Below are positions 35,211-48,850 of a stretch of 64,000 nucleotides of DNA, one piece after another. The translations under genes were made by a program, and so were the position numbers. Source of the DNA: Podospora anserina (Eukaryota). The notes beneath the pieces are model-generated. The model had not been told where the DNA came from and did no database searches. It saw only the letters and a list, made by a program, of their open reading frames with translations. How positions within the stretch are numbered: the first letter of the stretch is position 1; each line of letters begins with the position of its first letter. The stretch spans positions 4,836,001 to 4,900,000 of the forward strand of contig CM030333.1 of assembly GCA_017654855.1 (NCBI GenBank), given 5' to 3'.

Positions 35211-38200
35211 ATGGCTGCGACTCCTTTCGATCCCTCTGTCCAGGGCAACTCTTTTGTATTTGACATCTACACCGATGGCCAAACCTTGCGCGCGCCGGCG
35301 CCTGCTCCCGCGACTTTCCTCCCTGGCGGACCATGCAACTACACCGACCCATCTCTCCCGCGATGCGGTTGCCGCCGGTTCTGGAGCAATTCTGCTCTCG
35401 CCGCAACGGGTACCATCGAGATTTGCATGTGCTCACATCATGCCTGCTTCCATGAGGATGCCCCTTCAGGTCAAACCCAGCAAACCCAGCTTGGCCCAAC
35501 CCAGATCTTGCCTGTGGCTGGCGTCGTAGGCCAGGAGAACCAAAAGCCCAGGAGCCACCGGGAACCGCTGAGTCCCGTCCAGGAGCTAGTGAACTGGCCG
35601 ATGCCCACCAGCTTTGGGGCATCGTTGGATCTAAACCTGCTGGACTTTCAAAATACGGAACCTAACCCAAGGATAGAGGCCACCACTCCACTGCCGATTG
35701 GACACCTTCAGCCGGCTCAGGACAGCCCAATGCCCGACACATTCAACCACTGGGGGGAGATAATCGAGACTCAGGCCGAGAACATTAGCCTCAGCGGGTT
35801 TCCAACACTTCCAGCTCAGTGTCTGCTGACCCAAGGACCTCCATCGACAACTTCATCCAGCCAGGCCAGATATCTACGACCATTTGCTGGGAGGGGATTG
35901 CAGACGCTCAATGTGCTTAGAGAGGATGCCGTTTGCCCAGGACCTAATGATGATGACCCTACTCAGGAACATGATCCATTGTCCAGGCGCGAGCGGGAGG
36001 AGACACCCAAGGCGTCTTCGCATTCACAGGGCAAAACTCCAAAACCTGATGACAACAGCGCATATCAGAAACTCACCGAAACAGTCGAGTCACACGAACA
36101 GCGAATAGACAGACTCGAAAACACCTCCTTTTCTGTTGCCGGCCACGAAGAATGCCACGACAAGCACGACAACGTCGACATGCGAGTCACGGAACTGGAG
36201 TCACGGGTGGATGAAGTGGAAAAAATGCTGAACGACAATGGGAGCGTGGTGGGAAGCAGGCGACACACTCGGAATGATGCTATTGCCGACGATGCTACCG
36301 CCAGTGTGGTCTCTGTAGCCACCAACACGACAATTTCCGCATCCAACCGGGTTGAGGTGTACAACCAGATCCAAAAGCTCCAGGCTCAAGTCAACCAGCT
36401 GCAAGCTGCCGCGCTGCCAACGTACGCCAAGCCCTGGGAGCTTGAAGTCGTGTTTATGCCGTTCCCCCTGAAAGGCGTGTGGGTGCAGGCAAACGAGTTT
36501 CCTGCCCAACGCCGGTCTCTAGGCGGTGATGGGGAGTGGATGCAGATGCAAAACACGCTCAGCAGGGCAACACCAGATCCGCAGTCACCCAAATTTGCCG
36601 AGTGGCCCGGTCAATCGCCAGAGTCGAACTGGTTGCTTCCAAGGGCGTTCGCGGCAGGAAGAATCATTGATCAGAGATTAAAGAGCCGCGGCCTCATCAA
36701 GACAGTTCTGGTTCGAGGAGCTGATGCCCGCAGTGTTCAGCTTGCCATTCACGATGCCTTCTCTGAAGTCCTCCGGGTATCTGCTCTCGCTGGAGTTCGA
36801 TCAGATTATTCGCCAAACTCCCCGCTAAACGAGTTCATGGGTCTGAGACAAGCATGGGTTCCTCTGCGAAAGCTTCACAAGGACTCAAAACTACGATTTC
36901 TCACACCAGCTGAGATGGCTACACCAGCGCTGTGGGATTTCACCTTTCTGGTTTCGAGTGTCATCATGAAAGCCAGCGGTGTCCACCGTCTGTACATCAC
37001 GCAACCCGAGGCATATCTCCAGGATCATCCCTTGGGCTATCATGCGATGGATGCTGGTTGGACATGGCAAAGGCTTCGCGAATTGAGTAGATTCTATCCC
37101 GACTCTCAAAGTACCACCGGCGATGTTCCCGAGGCCGATGCTATGGAAGAATGCTGGGTGTGGAATGATCGGGTGGATGAGCCTCCAAGTCACAACGCAT
37201 CCGTCCTGAGCCTTCGCCACTCACACCTACAGCGTTTGTCTAGACGCTCCTCCACCGAGCCCTCGCAGCAGTTTTATACCGGTGTGCAGTCGCCCATACT
37301 CACCAACGGTCTGAGCTTCATCCGTGCAGGGTCTCCTCTTACTCAAAGAGAACGAAAGGGCTCTTGGCCGCCACAGTTTACTCGGACTGGCTCAGTCCCA
37401 CCACCTTCCATACCTATACAGTCTGCGCAATCCGTGGCCCGACGACGTGTCTCGACCGTAGCGCCCTATGAGCGGCGCTCCTCCCCTCTGGTCACTCGTC
37501 CAACCCCACGGATCACTACTGTTCAGACGTCTGGCGTATCAGCTAAGAAGCGACGACTGGGCACCCGCTCGCCGAGTCTCGTCCCGCGCAACACACCTCG
37601 TTGGAGCCGCACCAGCATGAGCCGGTCACCATCTCTCGCCCCGCCAGGCATGTTCGGCCACCATGACGAGCGCGACCGTACACCGTTTTACTATGCAACC
37701 CCTCACAGTGAAGCTGTGGGCGAATACGGCTATCAGCGTGGGGGAAGCCGGGGCCCTCCCCAGGCAATGTTGCGCACCAACGGCTACGAACCTGACGACG
37801 ATGAGGACGAAGAGATGACAGATGATTTCCAGGACGATGACACCCAAGGAAGCTCGTCGGACCCCTGCGATAGTGAAATGACTCATGACGACTCTCCTGC
37901 CAAACAGGTGAGAGTCAGCCAGGGATCGTTTGGTTTTGGAACCGACGGCGAGGGCAATGACATGGATGACGTCGACATTGATGTCTACGAAGACGACGAG
38001 GAAGACGAGCTTGATGGAGTCGACACCGATCACACTCCCGGCCGTCAAAACCATTACCATAGCAGCCACGCCGCCTGGGGCAACCAAGCCGCTGTCGCGC
38101 ATGTCACCAGACCGGAAGACATCCCGCGGGCTGGAATTGAGGACCAGATGTCTGATGGTGAAAACGTGGACCCTTCCTCCTCTTTTTCTTCCTTCGCCTC

Positions 38201-38552
38201 GGATGTATCCGGATCATTCCACTCTTCCCAATCGAGACAGCAGCAACACGACGACCAACAAGAAGAGATAGAAATCCACCAAGACGAAGACGAAGAAGAC
38301 CGGGAAGAACGAAGGAGCAACACCAGCGCGAGAAGCAGCCAGGCGCCGTCCGAGTACAGCAGCAGACCGGGCCCATGGAATATCGTTCCTTCCCCTGCTA
38401 GTCCTACCAGGACTATCACAGCTGACACCAAGGCTGTGGCGGCCAGTCAGCAAGAAGCAGGTGTCAAGGCCCACTCCATCAAAAGGGAGAGATCTAGCCT
38501 CAATTCTCTGATGGATTTCAGGATTCACGAAGACAGGACGGCTCAGTCATGA
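35211..38552 (+). CDS. Uncharacterised 1113-aa protein with a Cys/His N-terminal motif, coiled coil, central globular domain and acidic tail
   Basis: Uninterrupted 3.3-kb ORF. It has C-x8-CGCRRF...CMCSHHACFH, coiled-coil segments, a Trp-rich globular region (PWELEVVFMP...WVPLRKLHKDSKLRFL...WTWQRLREL) and a D/E-rich C-terminus. Confidence 0.9.
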   Translation: MAATPFDPSVQGNSFVFDIYTDGQTLRAPAPAPATFLPGGPCNYTDPSLPRCGCRRFWSNSALAATGTIEICMCSHHACFHEDAPSGQTQQTQLGPTQILPVAGVVGQENQKPRSHREPLSPVQELVNWPMPTSFGASLDLNLLDFQNTEPNPRIEATTPLPIGHLQPAQDSPMPDTFNHWGEIIETQAENISLSGFPTLPAQCLLTQGPPSTTSSSQARYLRPFAGRGLQTLNVLREDAVCPGPNDDDPTQEHDPLSRREREETPKASSHSQGKTPKPDDNSAYQKLTETVESHEQRIDRLENTSFSVAGHEECHDKHDNVDMRVTELESRVDEVEKMLNDNGSVVGSRRHTRNDAIADDATASVVSVATNTTISASNRVEVYNQIQKLQAQVNQLQAAALPTYAKPWELEVVFMPFPLKGVWVQANEFPAQRRSLGGDGEWMQMQNTLSRATPDPQSPKFAEWPGQSPESNWLLPRAFAAGRIIDQRLKSRGLIKTVLVRGADARSVQLAIHDAFSEVLRVSALAGVRSDYSPNSPLNEFMGLRQAWVPLRKLHKDSKLRFLTPAEMATPALWDFTFLVSSVIMKASGVHRLYITQPEAYLQDHPLGYHAMDAGWTWQRLRELSRFYPDSQSTTGDVPEADAMEECWVWNDRVDEPPSHNASVLSLRHSHLQRLSRRSSTEPSQQFYTGVQSPILTNGLSFIRAGSPLTQRERKGSWPPQFTRTGSVPPPSIPIQSAQSVARRRVSTVAPYERRSSPLVTRPTPRITTVQTSGVSAKKRRLGTRSPSLVPRNTPRWSRTSMSRSPSLAPPGMFGHHDERDRTPFYYATPHSEAVGEYGYQRGGSRGPPQAMLRTNGYEPDDDEDEEMTDDFQDDDTQGSSSDPCDSEMTHDDSPAKQVRVSQGSFGFGTDGEGNDMDDVDIDVYEDDEEDELDGVDTDHTPGRQNHYHSSHAAWGNQAAVAHVTRPEDIPRAGIEDQMSDGENVDPSSSFSSFASDVSGSFHSSQSRQQQHDDQQEEIEIHQDEDEEDREERRSNTSARSSQAPSEYSSRPGPWNIVPSPASPTRTITADTKAVAASQQEAGVKAHSIKRERSSLNSLMDFRIHEDRTAQS

Positions 38553-39246
38553 TGCGGGAGCTGAGGATTGGTTCTGGAAATCTCATCTTTACTATCATAG
38601 TACATACGTTTTCTTATGTTTTTTCCTTATCATTATTTGGATCAGTTTAAGGGAGGCGGGGTTTGAGGATAGCGATGATCTAGGTTCTTATTATCACTCT
38701 CGGATTTCTCACTCACACATGGCGTTTTGTTTCTTGGATCTCAAGCGAGCATCTTTGACTACTATCTCACAAGGGTTGCGGTGGGCGGTTTGTCTTGTCT
38801 ATGGGGGGTTTGGCAATTGGGAATATCATGTACAGGGAGCGAGTGGAGCGACAAATTCATGTATTAGCGGGTCAAGAAGGTTTATCTAGCAAGTTTTTTA
38901 TCTTGCATTTTCATAGCGGCATGGTTACCTACGTAGATATATCTCACTCTGTCTCTATGTTTGTGGTCTGTATGTAGTGGATGTTCCCTCGACTTGGTTG
39001 GTGTACGAGTGTGGTACATAGGCCAGTATTCACCTGTGTAAACCTCAGACTTAATAATTTCAAAGCGGCAGAAAGAAGAATATAACGACAGCAACACCAA
39101 ACACAGACATCATTGTTGGTATCATATCGCAGTATCTCTAAAATCATGGCTCGTAAATGCAATAATAACCCACAACCACCCTTTTTTGTACCGCCCGCCC
39201 CTGAAACGCCAAAACTCCAGTCCCCTCTTCTTTAGCAGGCGACAAA

Positions 39247-40609
<1,363 letters not shown>

Positions 40610-41192
40610 TTAAAGTGAATACAGAACCCTCACCGCAGCCTTCTAGCGATCATCCGAATGTCCCATATGTTCCACATAATTTTTGGGGCTGGCAGAAAAA
40701 ATGGGACCCCGCCAGAATCGATAAGATAAGCCCACTTGGGGGGTCACACCGCCCGAGCAGTGCCGAGCATGGGGTTGCCAAGCCACCCAAGTTCTTCTGC
40801 GAGGTTCAGCGCTCCAGGGGTCGAGCAAGCAAGAGTGGGCTGTTTCGGGCTGCCGAACTGACGTAACGGGCCGCGCTATTCATTGCGGCGAAGCTCTTTT
40901 CAAAGGCACCTTTCCAGACAGGTAAAGGTTCGGGTGCTTCCATACGATCATTCTCCGGGACCGTGGTTGAACAACACTATTTTTCTGAATTATATTGCCT
41001 ACCTAACTTGTTAATCTCATAATACTACCTGTACCACAGGCTCACTGTGTCGAGTGAGCTCCACCTGCAGCTGCTTGCACCTTGCTTGGCGTGTGTAAGC
41101 AAGAAGGCTGAAGCTGCCCGAGCTGCCATCATTTGTCTCGGCTAATACATTTTCACATCAATACCGAGAATCAACATATCACAACAGTCAAA

Positions 41193-43013
41193 ATGTCGAT
41201 ACGCATAGCTCTGGAGAACCCGCCCGAGTTCTACACGAACTTGGATATCATGAAGGGCCATGTCGTGCTCACCCTTAGCCGGCATGAGACAGTGGGCGCC
41301 ATCATCGTGAAGCTTGAGGGAGAGTCAAGGACGGCCCTGGGAATCCCAAACGACAACTCTAGCACCGGAGTACCGCACAGAGAAATGCCATCGGCCGGGG
41401 ACATCATCTACGAAAACCACAAGATTCTCTACAAAGTAGCCCAGGCATTTCCCAACGAGAACGCTCCACCTCAGGCCAGTCCCATCGTACTCAACCCAGG
41501 TCAGCATCATTTTCCCTTCCAGTTCAAGTTTCCCTTCAACAACTCATGTGGCAACGCCGAAGCCATGGCCAAGATTGGAGGTGTTGTGAATGCCGGTGGA
41601 TTCGCTCCAGGAGCTGGACTATTTGGACTAGGCGGGATCCGCGTGATGGACGGGACCAAGCAGTTGATGTACTCTCACGTTACGAAGACGTTACCTCCTA
41701 GTTTCACGGGATTCCCTGGCGAGGCAGAGATTCGATACTACGTCAAAGTCACGATACAAAGGCCGGGCTTATTCAAGGAGAATTGGAGATATCAAATAGG
41801 ACTCAAATTCTTACCCATCGAACCACCCAGACCACCAAAAAGCAACCAAGAGGCATATGCCAGGCGTCCATTCGCCTTTGCGCCTCGCACGCCACCTTCC
41901 ACGGCGCCACCGTCTACTAAGAAGCGGACCTCGTTCTTTGGAAGGAGTACCACTCCGCAACCACCACCCCCGGTTGGCGGACCCTCGAACCCATCCTCGT
42001 CGGCCGAGGCCAGCTTAGCAACACCGCCCTCGATCGAGATGTCTGCTCGCCTCCCACATCCAGCTATTCTGACATGCAATAAGTCAATACCACTACGACT
42101 TATCGCCAAGAAACTGGCACCCAGCAATGGAGAGGTGTACCTCGTAGCTATACAGATTGACCTCATCGGCAAGACCATCGTACGATGTCAGGACTTGGTC
42201 AACAACGAGTTAAACCGTTGGGTGATAGTCTCACGCCAGGGTCTTTCCATACCTGTATCCAAGCCAGACGACGCCGTAGGAACCGAGGTTGTCCTTCCCG
42301 ATGCCATCTGGAACAACGTGCCTCTCCCCAACACCGTCATGCCGAGTTTCCAGACGTGTAATCTGAGGTACTTTCTCTTGTGCTCCCTGCCTCCTTTCTT
42401 ATTCCTATTACTGACACCCCCGCGATTTAGTCGTGAGTACCAACTGGAAGTCAAGCTCGGACTCGCCTGGGGAAAGCCAGACGGCGCCAACCACGCCTCC
42501 AACAGCTCCTCTTTCTTTGGCGGTTCCAACCGGAACAAGGGCAAGAACCTCGCCAACATCCCACAGGAGATCCACCTCCCCCTCAACTTCAGCAACGTCC
42601 AAGTCTTCTCCGGTCTCACTCCCCCAGCAGAATTGGTAGAGGCCATGCGTCAAGGACGAACACGACCAGCCAGGAAACAAACCGGTCCTAATGGTCGTCC
42701 TCCACAGCAACAACCTCAACCACAGCCCAATATCCCACCTCAAGGTGTGGCTTCTTCATCACGCCCATCTGCACCAGTGCTGCCGCCTAGACCGGTGGCA
42801 GCCACACCACAGAACGATACCTCGGAAGCGGCGCTTTACCCGCCTCAGTTAAGACCGGGCCAAGACGCACCGCCGTATGACGATGCGCCCCCTACATATG
42901 AGGAGGCAATGGCGGAGGAGATGACTGGGCCGGTTTTTCCAAGCACGGCAAGACCAGCCTACAGCGGAGTGACGGATGAGAATGCGGCGAGTAGTTTGCC
43001 TGAGAAAAATTAG
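41193..43013 (+). CDS. Alpha-arrestin-like ubiquitin-ligase adaptor, probable 63-nt intron 42368-42430
   Basis: FYTNLDIMKGHVVL...IIVKLEGESRT, PGQHHFPFQFKFP, LPPSF, EIRYYVKVTIQRP, PSFQTCNL|SREYQLEVKLG, and a C-terminal PPTY (PPxY) motif. Confidence 0.88.
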   Translation: MSIRIALENPPEFYTNLDIMKGHVVLTLSRHETVGAIIVKLEGESRTALGIPNDNSSTGVPHREMPSAGDIIYENHKILYKVAQAFPNENAPPQASPIVLNPGQHHFPFQFKFPFNNSCGNAEAMAKIGGVVNAGGFAPGAGLFGLGGIRVMDGTKQLMYSHVTKTLPPSFTGFPGEAEIRYYVKVTIQRPGLFKENWRYQIGLKFLPIEPPRPPKSNQEAYARRPFAFAPRTPPSTAPPSTKKRTSFFGRSTTPQPPPPVGGPSNPSSSAEASLATPPSIEMSARLPHPAILTCNKSIPLRLIAKKLAPSNGEVYLVAIQIDLIGKTIVRCQDLVNNELNRWVIVSRQGLSIPVSKPDDAVGTEVVLPDAIWNNVPLPNTVMPSFQTCNLRYFLLCSLPPFLFLLLTPPRFSREYQLEVKLGLAWGKPDGANHASNSSSFFGGSNRNKGKNLANIPQEIHLPLNFSNVQVFSGLTPPAELVEAMRQGRTRPARKQTGPNGRPPQQQPQPQPNIPPQGVASSSRPSAPVLPPRPVAATPQNDTSEAALYPPQLRPGQDAPPYDDAPPTYEEAMAEEMTGPVFPSTARPAYSGVTDENAASSLPEKN

Positions 43014-44036
43014 CCTTTAACTTTTCCGAGGGATGAGAATGGAAAAGGGGGATCAAGTTAATTTGAAGCATTTGCTGTTGAGGGCATCGGCCTTATCACA
43101 CACTCAAAGAGATTCCCTAGCTCTTCTCTCTTTTTTTCCTTCTTTTTTGTTTCTAGCAAACTTAATATCCCCCCTTTTTTCCAGTCTAGTATTAATTAGA
43201 ATATGGATAATACTATCTTCAGTGTCGTCTCTTTGAGCTAGGTAGTTCTTCAAATCAACCTCGGTGTATATGTCCTACCTTTTGCGTACATGTGTATGAT
43301 TTGAAACAAGCCTTGATATCGCATGGATACATTACTGGTTGAGTAATAAAAAGAACAGTCAAACAAAAGTGTCCATCTCGCTTGGTGACGCCTCAAGACG
43401 ATGTTGATAATGGTGATCATATGGACGCAACGCAACAGAATGGGAGCCATTTCAGCCTACTTGGTCTGTTTAACTCTCACATGTACACCCAGAAATCAGG
43501 AAGGACTTCAATAGCAATTTGTTTTATTCTTTTTTTTCAATTAATTGCTAGGAGTATCCGCTAGGTAGCTCAACTATCCAGACACACATTTACAATCATT
43601 TTTCATGTAGTATGCAGCGCAGATATTCATCCGCCATTTCGCTTGATCGATCGACAGATGTCTTGCTGGGTCCATCCCAACTAACAAATATGCTATCGGT
43701 TGTTCCTCCCCAACGAGTGCGCAGCTGACGGGCAAAATCAACGATGCTATTCCCCCCTCCCCCTTTCCCTCGCTGACTCGTATGGTTTTTGCTCCACTCC
43801 ATCCACGCCTCCTCCTCCGTACCAGCCAAGTACCCAAACCACAGGTGTAACACACCTGGTATGAAAGTTCAGCAAATAGCGGGCGCCATTGTGCCTCTCG
43901 TCCCCCACTTTTGTTGAATAAAAACGCTAGAAATCCGGGTATAGTTTGCTGACCTCCCCCAAAACGCCCGCAATGCTTGGAAAGTAAAATGACTATAAAC
44001 AAGACAAGAATGGAAAGGTGATTGACTTTGGAAATA

Positions 44037-47000
44037 TCAGTCAATCTCGATCACTTCCACTTCGCGTCGCACTTCTGGCCGACGTGCCGTTGTGGGTGTA
44101 GATGATGCTTTTCTCTTGCGGGTAGAGGAGCCGGAAGGGACGGCCGCAGGAGTGTCCGTCTCACTGAGGTCGTCGTCGTCACTCTCCACGACGGCGGTCC
44201 ACGTCCCATCCGCTTTGACGTGGATCGATTTGGTCTGTAGTTTGTTCTGCTGAGCCAACTGTTCACGGACACCGCAAAGAAACCCGTCAATGCGTAGGCT
44301 GTTGGGTCTCGCATCTTGAAGACAGATGGGACAGCGCCATTTGTCAGGGTTACTTGGCTCGGATTGGATAGAACTGGGGCAGCCACAGTCCGGCGTAATG
44401 CTGTGAAAGCACTTGGTTGTCGGCTTAGAAGGGCGAGTCTCGAGCCAAGTCAGCAAGTCAAAACACTCCAGATGCGTGCACGAGGCACCCCTTGCGGGAA
44501 CTGCGAACATCTTGGCCGTGAAAGGGTCAGCCATGTCGATTGGCAGATCTGGAGCCTCAATGATCAACCCATCGTCGTCGGAGACTGGGGTTAACCGCTT
44601 CTTGATGATCTGCAGCGTGTATTCCTCTGGTAGCAGGCCGTTATCCCAAGCGCGACGGACAGCGGTCCTTTCGCCAACCGTCTCAATCACCTCGACGGCG
44701 ATGACGTAGCTGTGCTCGCCACTTTTTTCTCCGGAGACAGGAACCACAATCGACAGTTTGTTGGAGCCGCAAACGACGTGATCAGTCAACTCGGTCGCCA
44801 AGTCTTTGCCGTTGTGAGGTTGCCGGCGAGCTTCAAGAGTCTTGTCGTTAAACCTCATAAAAATGTTGCGCGGCCAGCTCATCTCCTTTGTGACCCACTC
44901 ATGCTCTGCCGGTATTGTTCTCGAGGGGCCAAGCTTGCAGCAACGGAGTCTCCATCGCAGAGCGCCGTCAAAATGCGTACTGAATGGGACCAAAATCGCC
45001 GAAGTTGGCCTTGCTGTTCTAACCGCGAGGTCAAACTGTTCCGCTGTCACATCAAATGAAAACTCGTATACCGAGCCTTGCGGACGTACAAGGCTTGGCG
45101 GTATTGCAAACCTGTCCATGGCTTGGAAAAGACGCTCCGGTGTTCCATCCTTGGGGACACGTTTTGGACTTCGGCAGCCCGACTGGTGCAAAGAAGCCGC
45201 AAGAGATCTCCTATCTGTGGGTTCATAGGGCCATTCTGGGCGTGGAATAGTCACGTCCTTGGCAGGAATAAGCAAATCCGGCTGCCTAGGGGTCGACGCT
45301 GCGCGCTGAGGGGTGCTCTGCGATGTTATTTGCACTGCCGCTGCAGCGGGTTGCTGTCGATCCAACACGGGTCGCGGCACACCGAAACCGGTAGGTGTCG
45401 TGGTAGGCGCCAATGATGCTCGCCCCAATTGGGGCGAGGCGACTTGCGCAATTTGTGTATTGATCGGTGCAACATAGGGCCTTTCGAGGTGTCGCCGTTG
45501 TTGATCTGGTTGAAGTTCGTGAAGCTGTTGATGTTGCTGGGTTTGGTGCGCTATACCTCGTTGTAAAACCTGCTGCTGCTCAAACAGCTGCTGTTGAAAC
45601 TGCTGCTGGATCTGCTGCTGCTGGATCTGTGGCCGTTGCTGAAATTGCTGTTGCTGGTATTGAATCTGCTGCGGCAGCGGCATGCGTTGTTGTTGGATGT
45701 GTTGAATCTGTTGCAATGGTGATTGTGGCAACTGAGCAGCTTGCAGTTCCCGCGTCTGCTGTTGTCGATATTGGCTTACCATCTGCTGTGCCAGCTGTGC
45801 CTGATGCAGCTGTGTCGCCTGGTACTGGGGAGAGGCAGAATACTGCATAACAGGCGAGGGAGCGGGACTATGAAACGATGTAGGCTGTGGAGGAGGGAAT
45901 TGCTGGGAGGGAACCACGGGTGGTGATGGTACTCCGAGCCGGACTGGTGGGTGTTGATTCAGGCGTAGCTTCTCGGCGTCGGACCTCTTGACCAACTCCT
46001 GGTATCGGGCAATGAGGGCTTGGTTGATTCTGATGATGGTCTCAGGAGAATCCCCAACGGCCACGCATGCGCCACAAGCCTGATGCATTCGACGTTCTTG
46101 GTCCTCCTTGAATGCATTGTCCAAAGCCTGGGCGTGGACACCATCGGGGATACCGAGTCTTCGACGATTGGCAGTGAATAGGATTTCTCGCATGATGGGA
46201 GAATAGCACAGCAGTCGACCTTGGAGTTCATCCAGCACGTACGGATACCGGCGCATGCAGGTTTCCTGCGTCAGGGAAACATGTTCAGTTACCATGCTCC
46301 GTAGGAAATTGCCCACCCACGATTTCATTGTCGCCCTAGGAACTGGATGTTCCCGCAGCTGGTCAACTGAGACCGGAAACGAGGCAAAGAACCTCAGGTT
46401 TGTCGGGGTCAGTTGATCGTTCCTCTTGAGAATCTCTGCCACGGTGGTAAACCCAAGATCTATCATGATTATATCGGCCACATCATCCTTCTTAAGGATA
46501 CGATGGGCATCCTGACGATTGATCGACCAGATGGCGTAGAGCTGGTGAAGGGCCAGGAAGAAGTAGTCGTTCCTTTTGCATGCATCCACCAAAAGTTGAA
46601 TACGCGGTCTATCCAGCCGAGCGTTCATCGCAGTCATTCCTCCATGAGCATTGACGTGTCGGTGAATCTGTGCCTCGAAGGCCTGGCATTTGAGCGGTAC
46701 GGTGCTGGGGACGCGAGGTCGGTCAGTATGAGGTCTCCGGGCGCGTTTTGGGGGACGACTTACTCGGTCCGACGCCGTTCTTGCGGAGTAGGAGCCGCAG
46801 CCGCGTTCGTTGATTGACAGCCACCATCTTGGTCTATCGCCGCGTCCACGGCATTGCCCGACTCAGCGCTCACGGAGCACAGCTGATTGTTGCTTGTCTG
46901 GGGGGACAGGGCGTGAGCCGACGGGGCCTGGAAAAGGGACCGGATTTCTGGTGGCCATGATTCATCTGGTTGAGGAGTCCAACTATTTTGATTCGCTGCT

Positions 47001-47643
47001 GGGTCGAGCTCGAAACGGGCATGGGTCATGGGAACATTGGTTGCCGCCGACGCCGGTGTCATGTTTGATGCCGGAGTCGGCGCATCAGACAGTGAGGCGG
47101 GAAGCGGATTCGGGCTGTCCAAGGCATTTGACAGGGCAGGGCTTGGCTCGTCACTAGGAGCCGGCGATGGGAGGATTGTCTGAGCGGGTCTGTAAGGATT
47201 AGCAGGCTAGCCATGGAGCGCTCCTAGCCATGTGTGAACGGGGTCTTTGCATGAATGGGGAAAGGTGTCAGATGGAAAGAATTGGATAAGCTATGGCCTT
47301 ACTGGACTTCGGTTGTCTGTATTTGCGGTGATCCTGATTGCGGTGGTGGCTGTGGTTGGAAATGCGGTTCTGGTCGGGGTTGGGGAGCAGTCGGCAGCGA
47401 GACTGGAGGATACTTCCTCGGCCGGCCCCGTTTTGCTTGGGGCGCTGGTTTTATTGATGCTGCGGACGGAGGCGGGTTCGGGTTTACTGGAAGAGCCCTC
47501 GATGCTGCCGATGGCGGATTCAACCACGAGGGTTGTGCTCGAGCACCTAGAAAAGCGTTTGCGGTCGCGTTTGAAGATGCAATCTGCGCACGGTCGGCGC
47601 CCGAAGCCAGCTGGTTTCGACTGGAAGTTGTATTGGGCGCCAT
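44037..47643 (-). CDS. MIZ/SP-RING zinc-finger protein with a Q-rich region, 3 exons (47643-47303, 47189-46764, 46704-44037)
   Basis: DPFTAKMFAVPARGASCTHLECFDL...WRCPIC...LRIDGFL is an SP-RING signature. The upstream ORFs join in frame through GTAAGG..CAG and GTAAGT..CAG introns. The start ATG (MAPNTT) is inferred. Confidence 0.88.
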
Positions 47644-48850
47644 CGGTCGAGTCAAGCCGCGATCTCTCTCACGCCCCGATGTTGGCCGAGAGGAGAGGAG
47701 AGGGCTTGGAAGACTGGAGAGAGCGCCAGTGGTCGGGTCAGCAAGATGAACCGATGTTTTCTTCTTTTGATCATGCAGCGGTGAACCAAACAGCAAAAGC
47801 AAACAAAGGCAGGCAGGCCAGTGTGGTTTGCAGCTCTAGCATCATATGCCAGCGGGACAGCTGGAGAACGCGTGGGCGGAAAAGAGAAGGCAACACGAAC
47901 CATCGAAACGAAAAGAAACGGAATCACTAGGTTTCTAGGCAGGCGATGATTAGAAAAATACTCGAATATATATTTCAAAGATCATTTGTACTGGGAGCGG
48001 CGGCTTCCTCGTCAGGCGGAAATAAAGCCAGGAAGGTGCGTGAAGTTGACTGAGGCAAGATGGAAGGAAAACCCCTTGCCAGGAGCTTTCTTTTGAGAAG
48101 CCCAAAGTGGCAAGCGCATTCGAGCGGACCCAAAAGAAAAATGACGGGCTGGACTTTCCTGCCAAAGCAAAGACAAAGTGCCACTACCTCAAGACCATCA
48201 TGGACAGTGGCTACCGACTGCAGGTGCCTGCCTAAGGTATGCATGGAATTAGGTGGACATTATTCTCAAGAAAATATCGCAATACAACAAACAACACGAA
48301 GGCACTTCCTTACATGCGGGTTGCTGGGCCGCGCAAAGTGCGGGCGGCACGGGCAGGTGGCGGCTGGGAATTTTCGACGTGGTAGTCGCAGCCCGGAGGC
48401 TACCTTATTTTTATTTATTTATCCCAACTTCTCATGGAGCAACAGCCCAGTCGACAGGTTGCCCCTCCTACTCAAGCTGTTGGCGAACGAAACGATGAAT
48501 TTTACTGTTCTCGCCCACTCGTACTTTGTGGGACAATGCCCTGCTGTGCGAGTAGAGTACTCGAGGAGACATAGGTACATGGTACTCGATGCACAATGTC
48601 CTGCATCCCATAGTATGAAATACCCGGGTTCCCCAGAATCAACCCCCACTAGATCTTGACTACACTAGGAGCTTATCTTATCAGAGCTAGACTCTGGGCA
48701 AGGAGTGGGTCCCAAGACCCCTGTCTCAATTGCCTGGGCCAAAAAAAAGTTTCCAGCAGGCTGTCGCGCGCGGGCAGCAACCACACAAACGAAGCTCACG
48801 ACTGGCACCACCCCCTCGGCTTTCAGGTTTTCTTCACCAACGCATTCGAA

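Noticed and set aside
48656..48850. 65-codon upstream extension of the UTP15 ORF from a TTG
   Set aside because: The sequence looks like promoter/5' UTR (A-tract, pyrimidine run), and the recognisable protein starts at ATG 48851 in good context.
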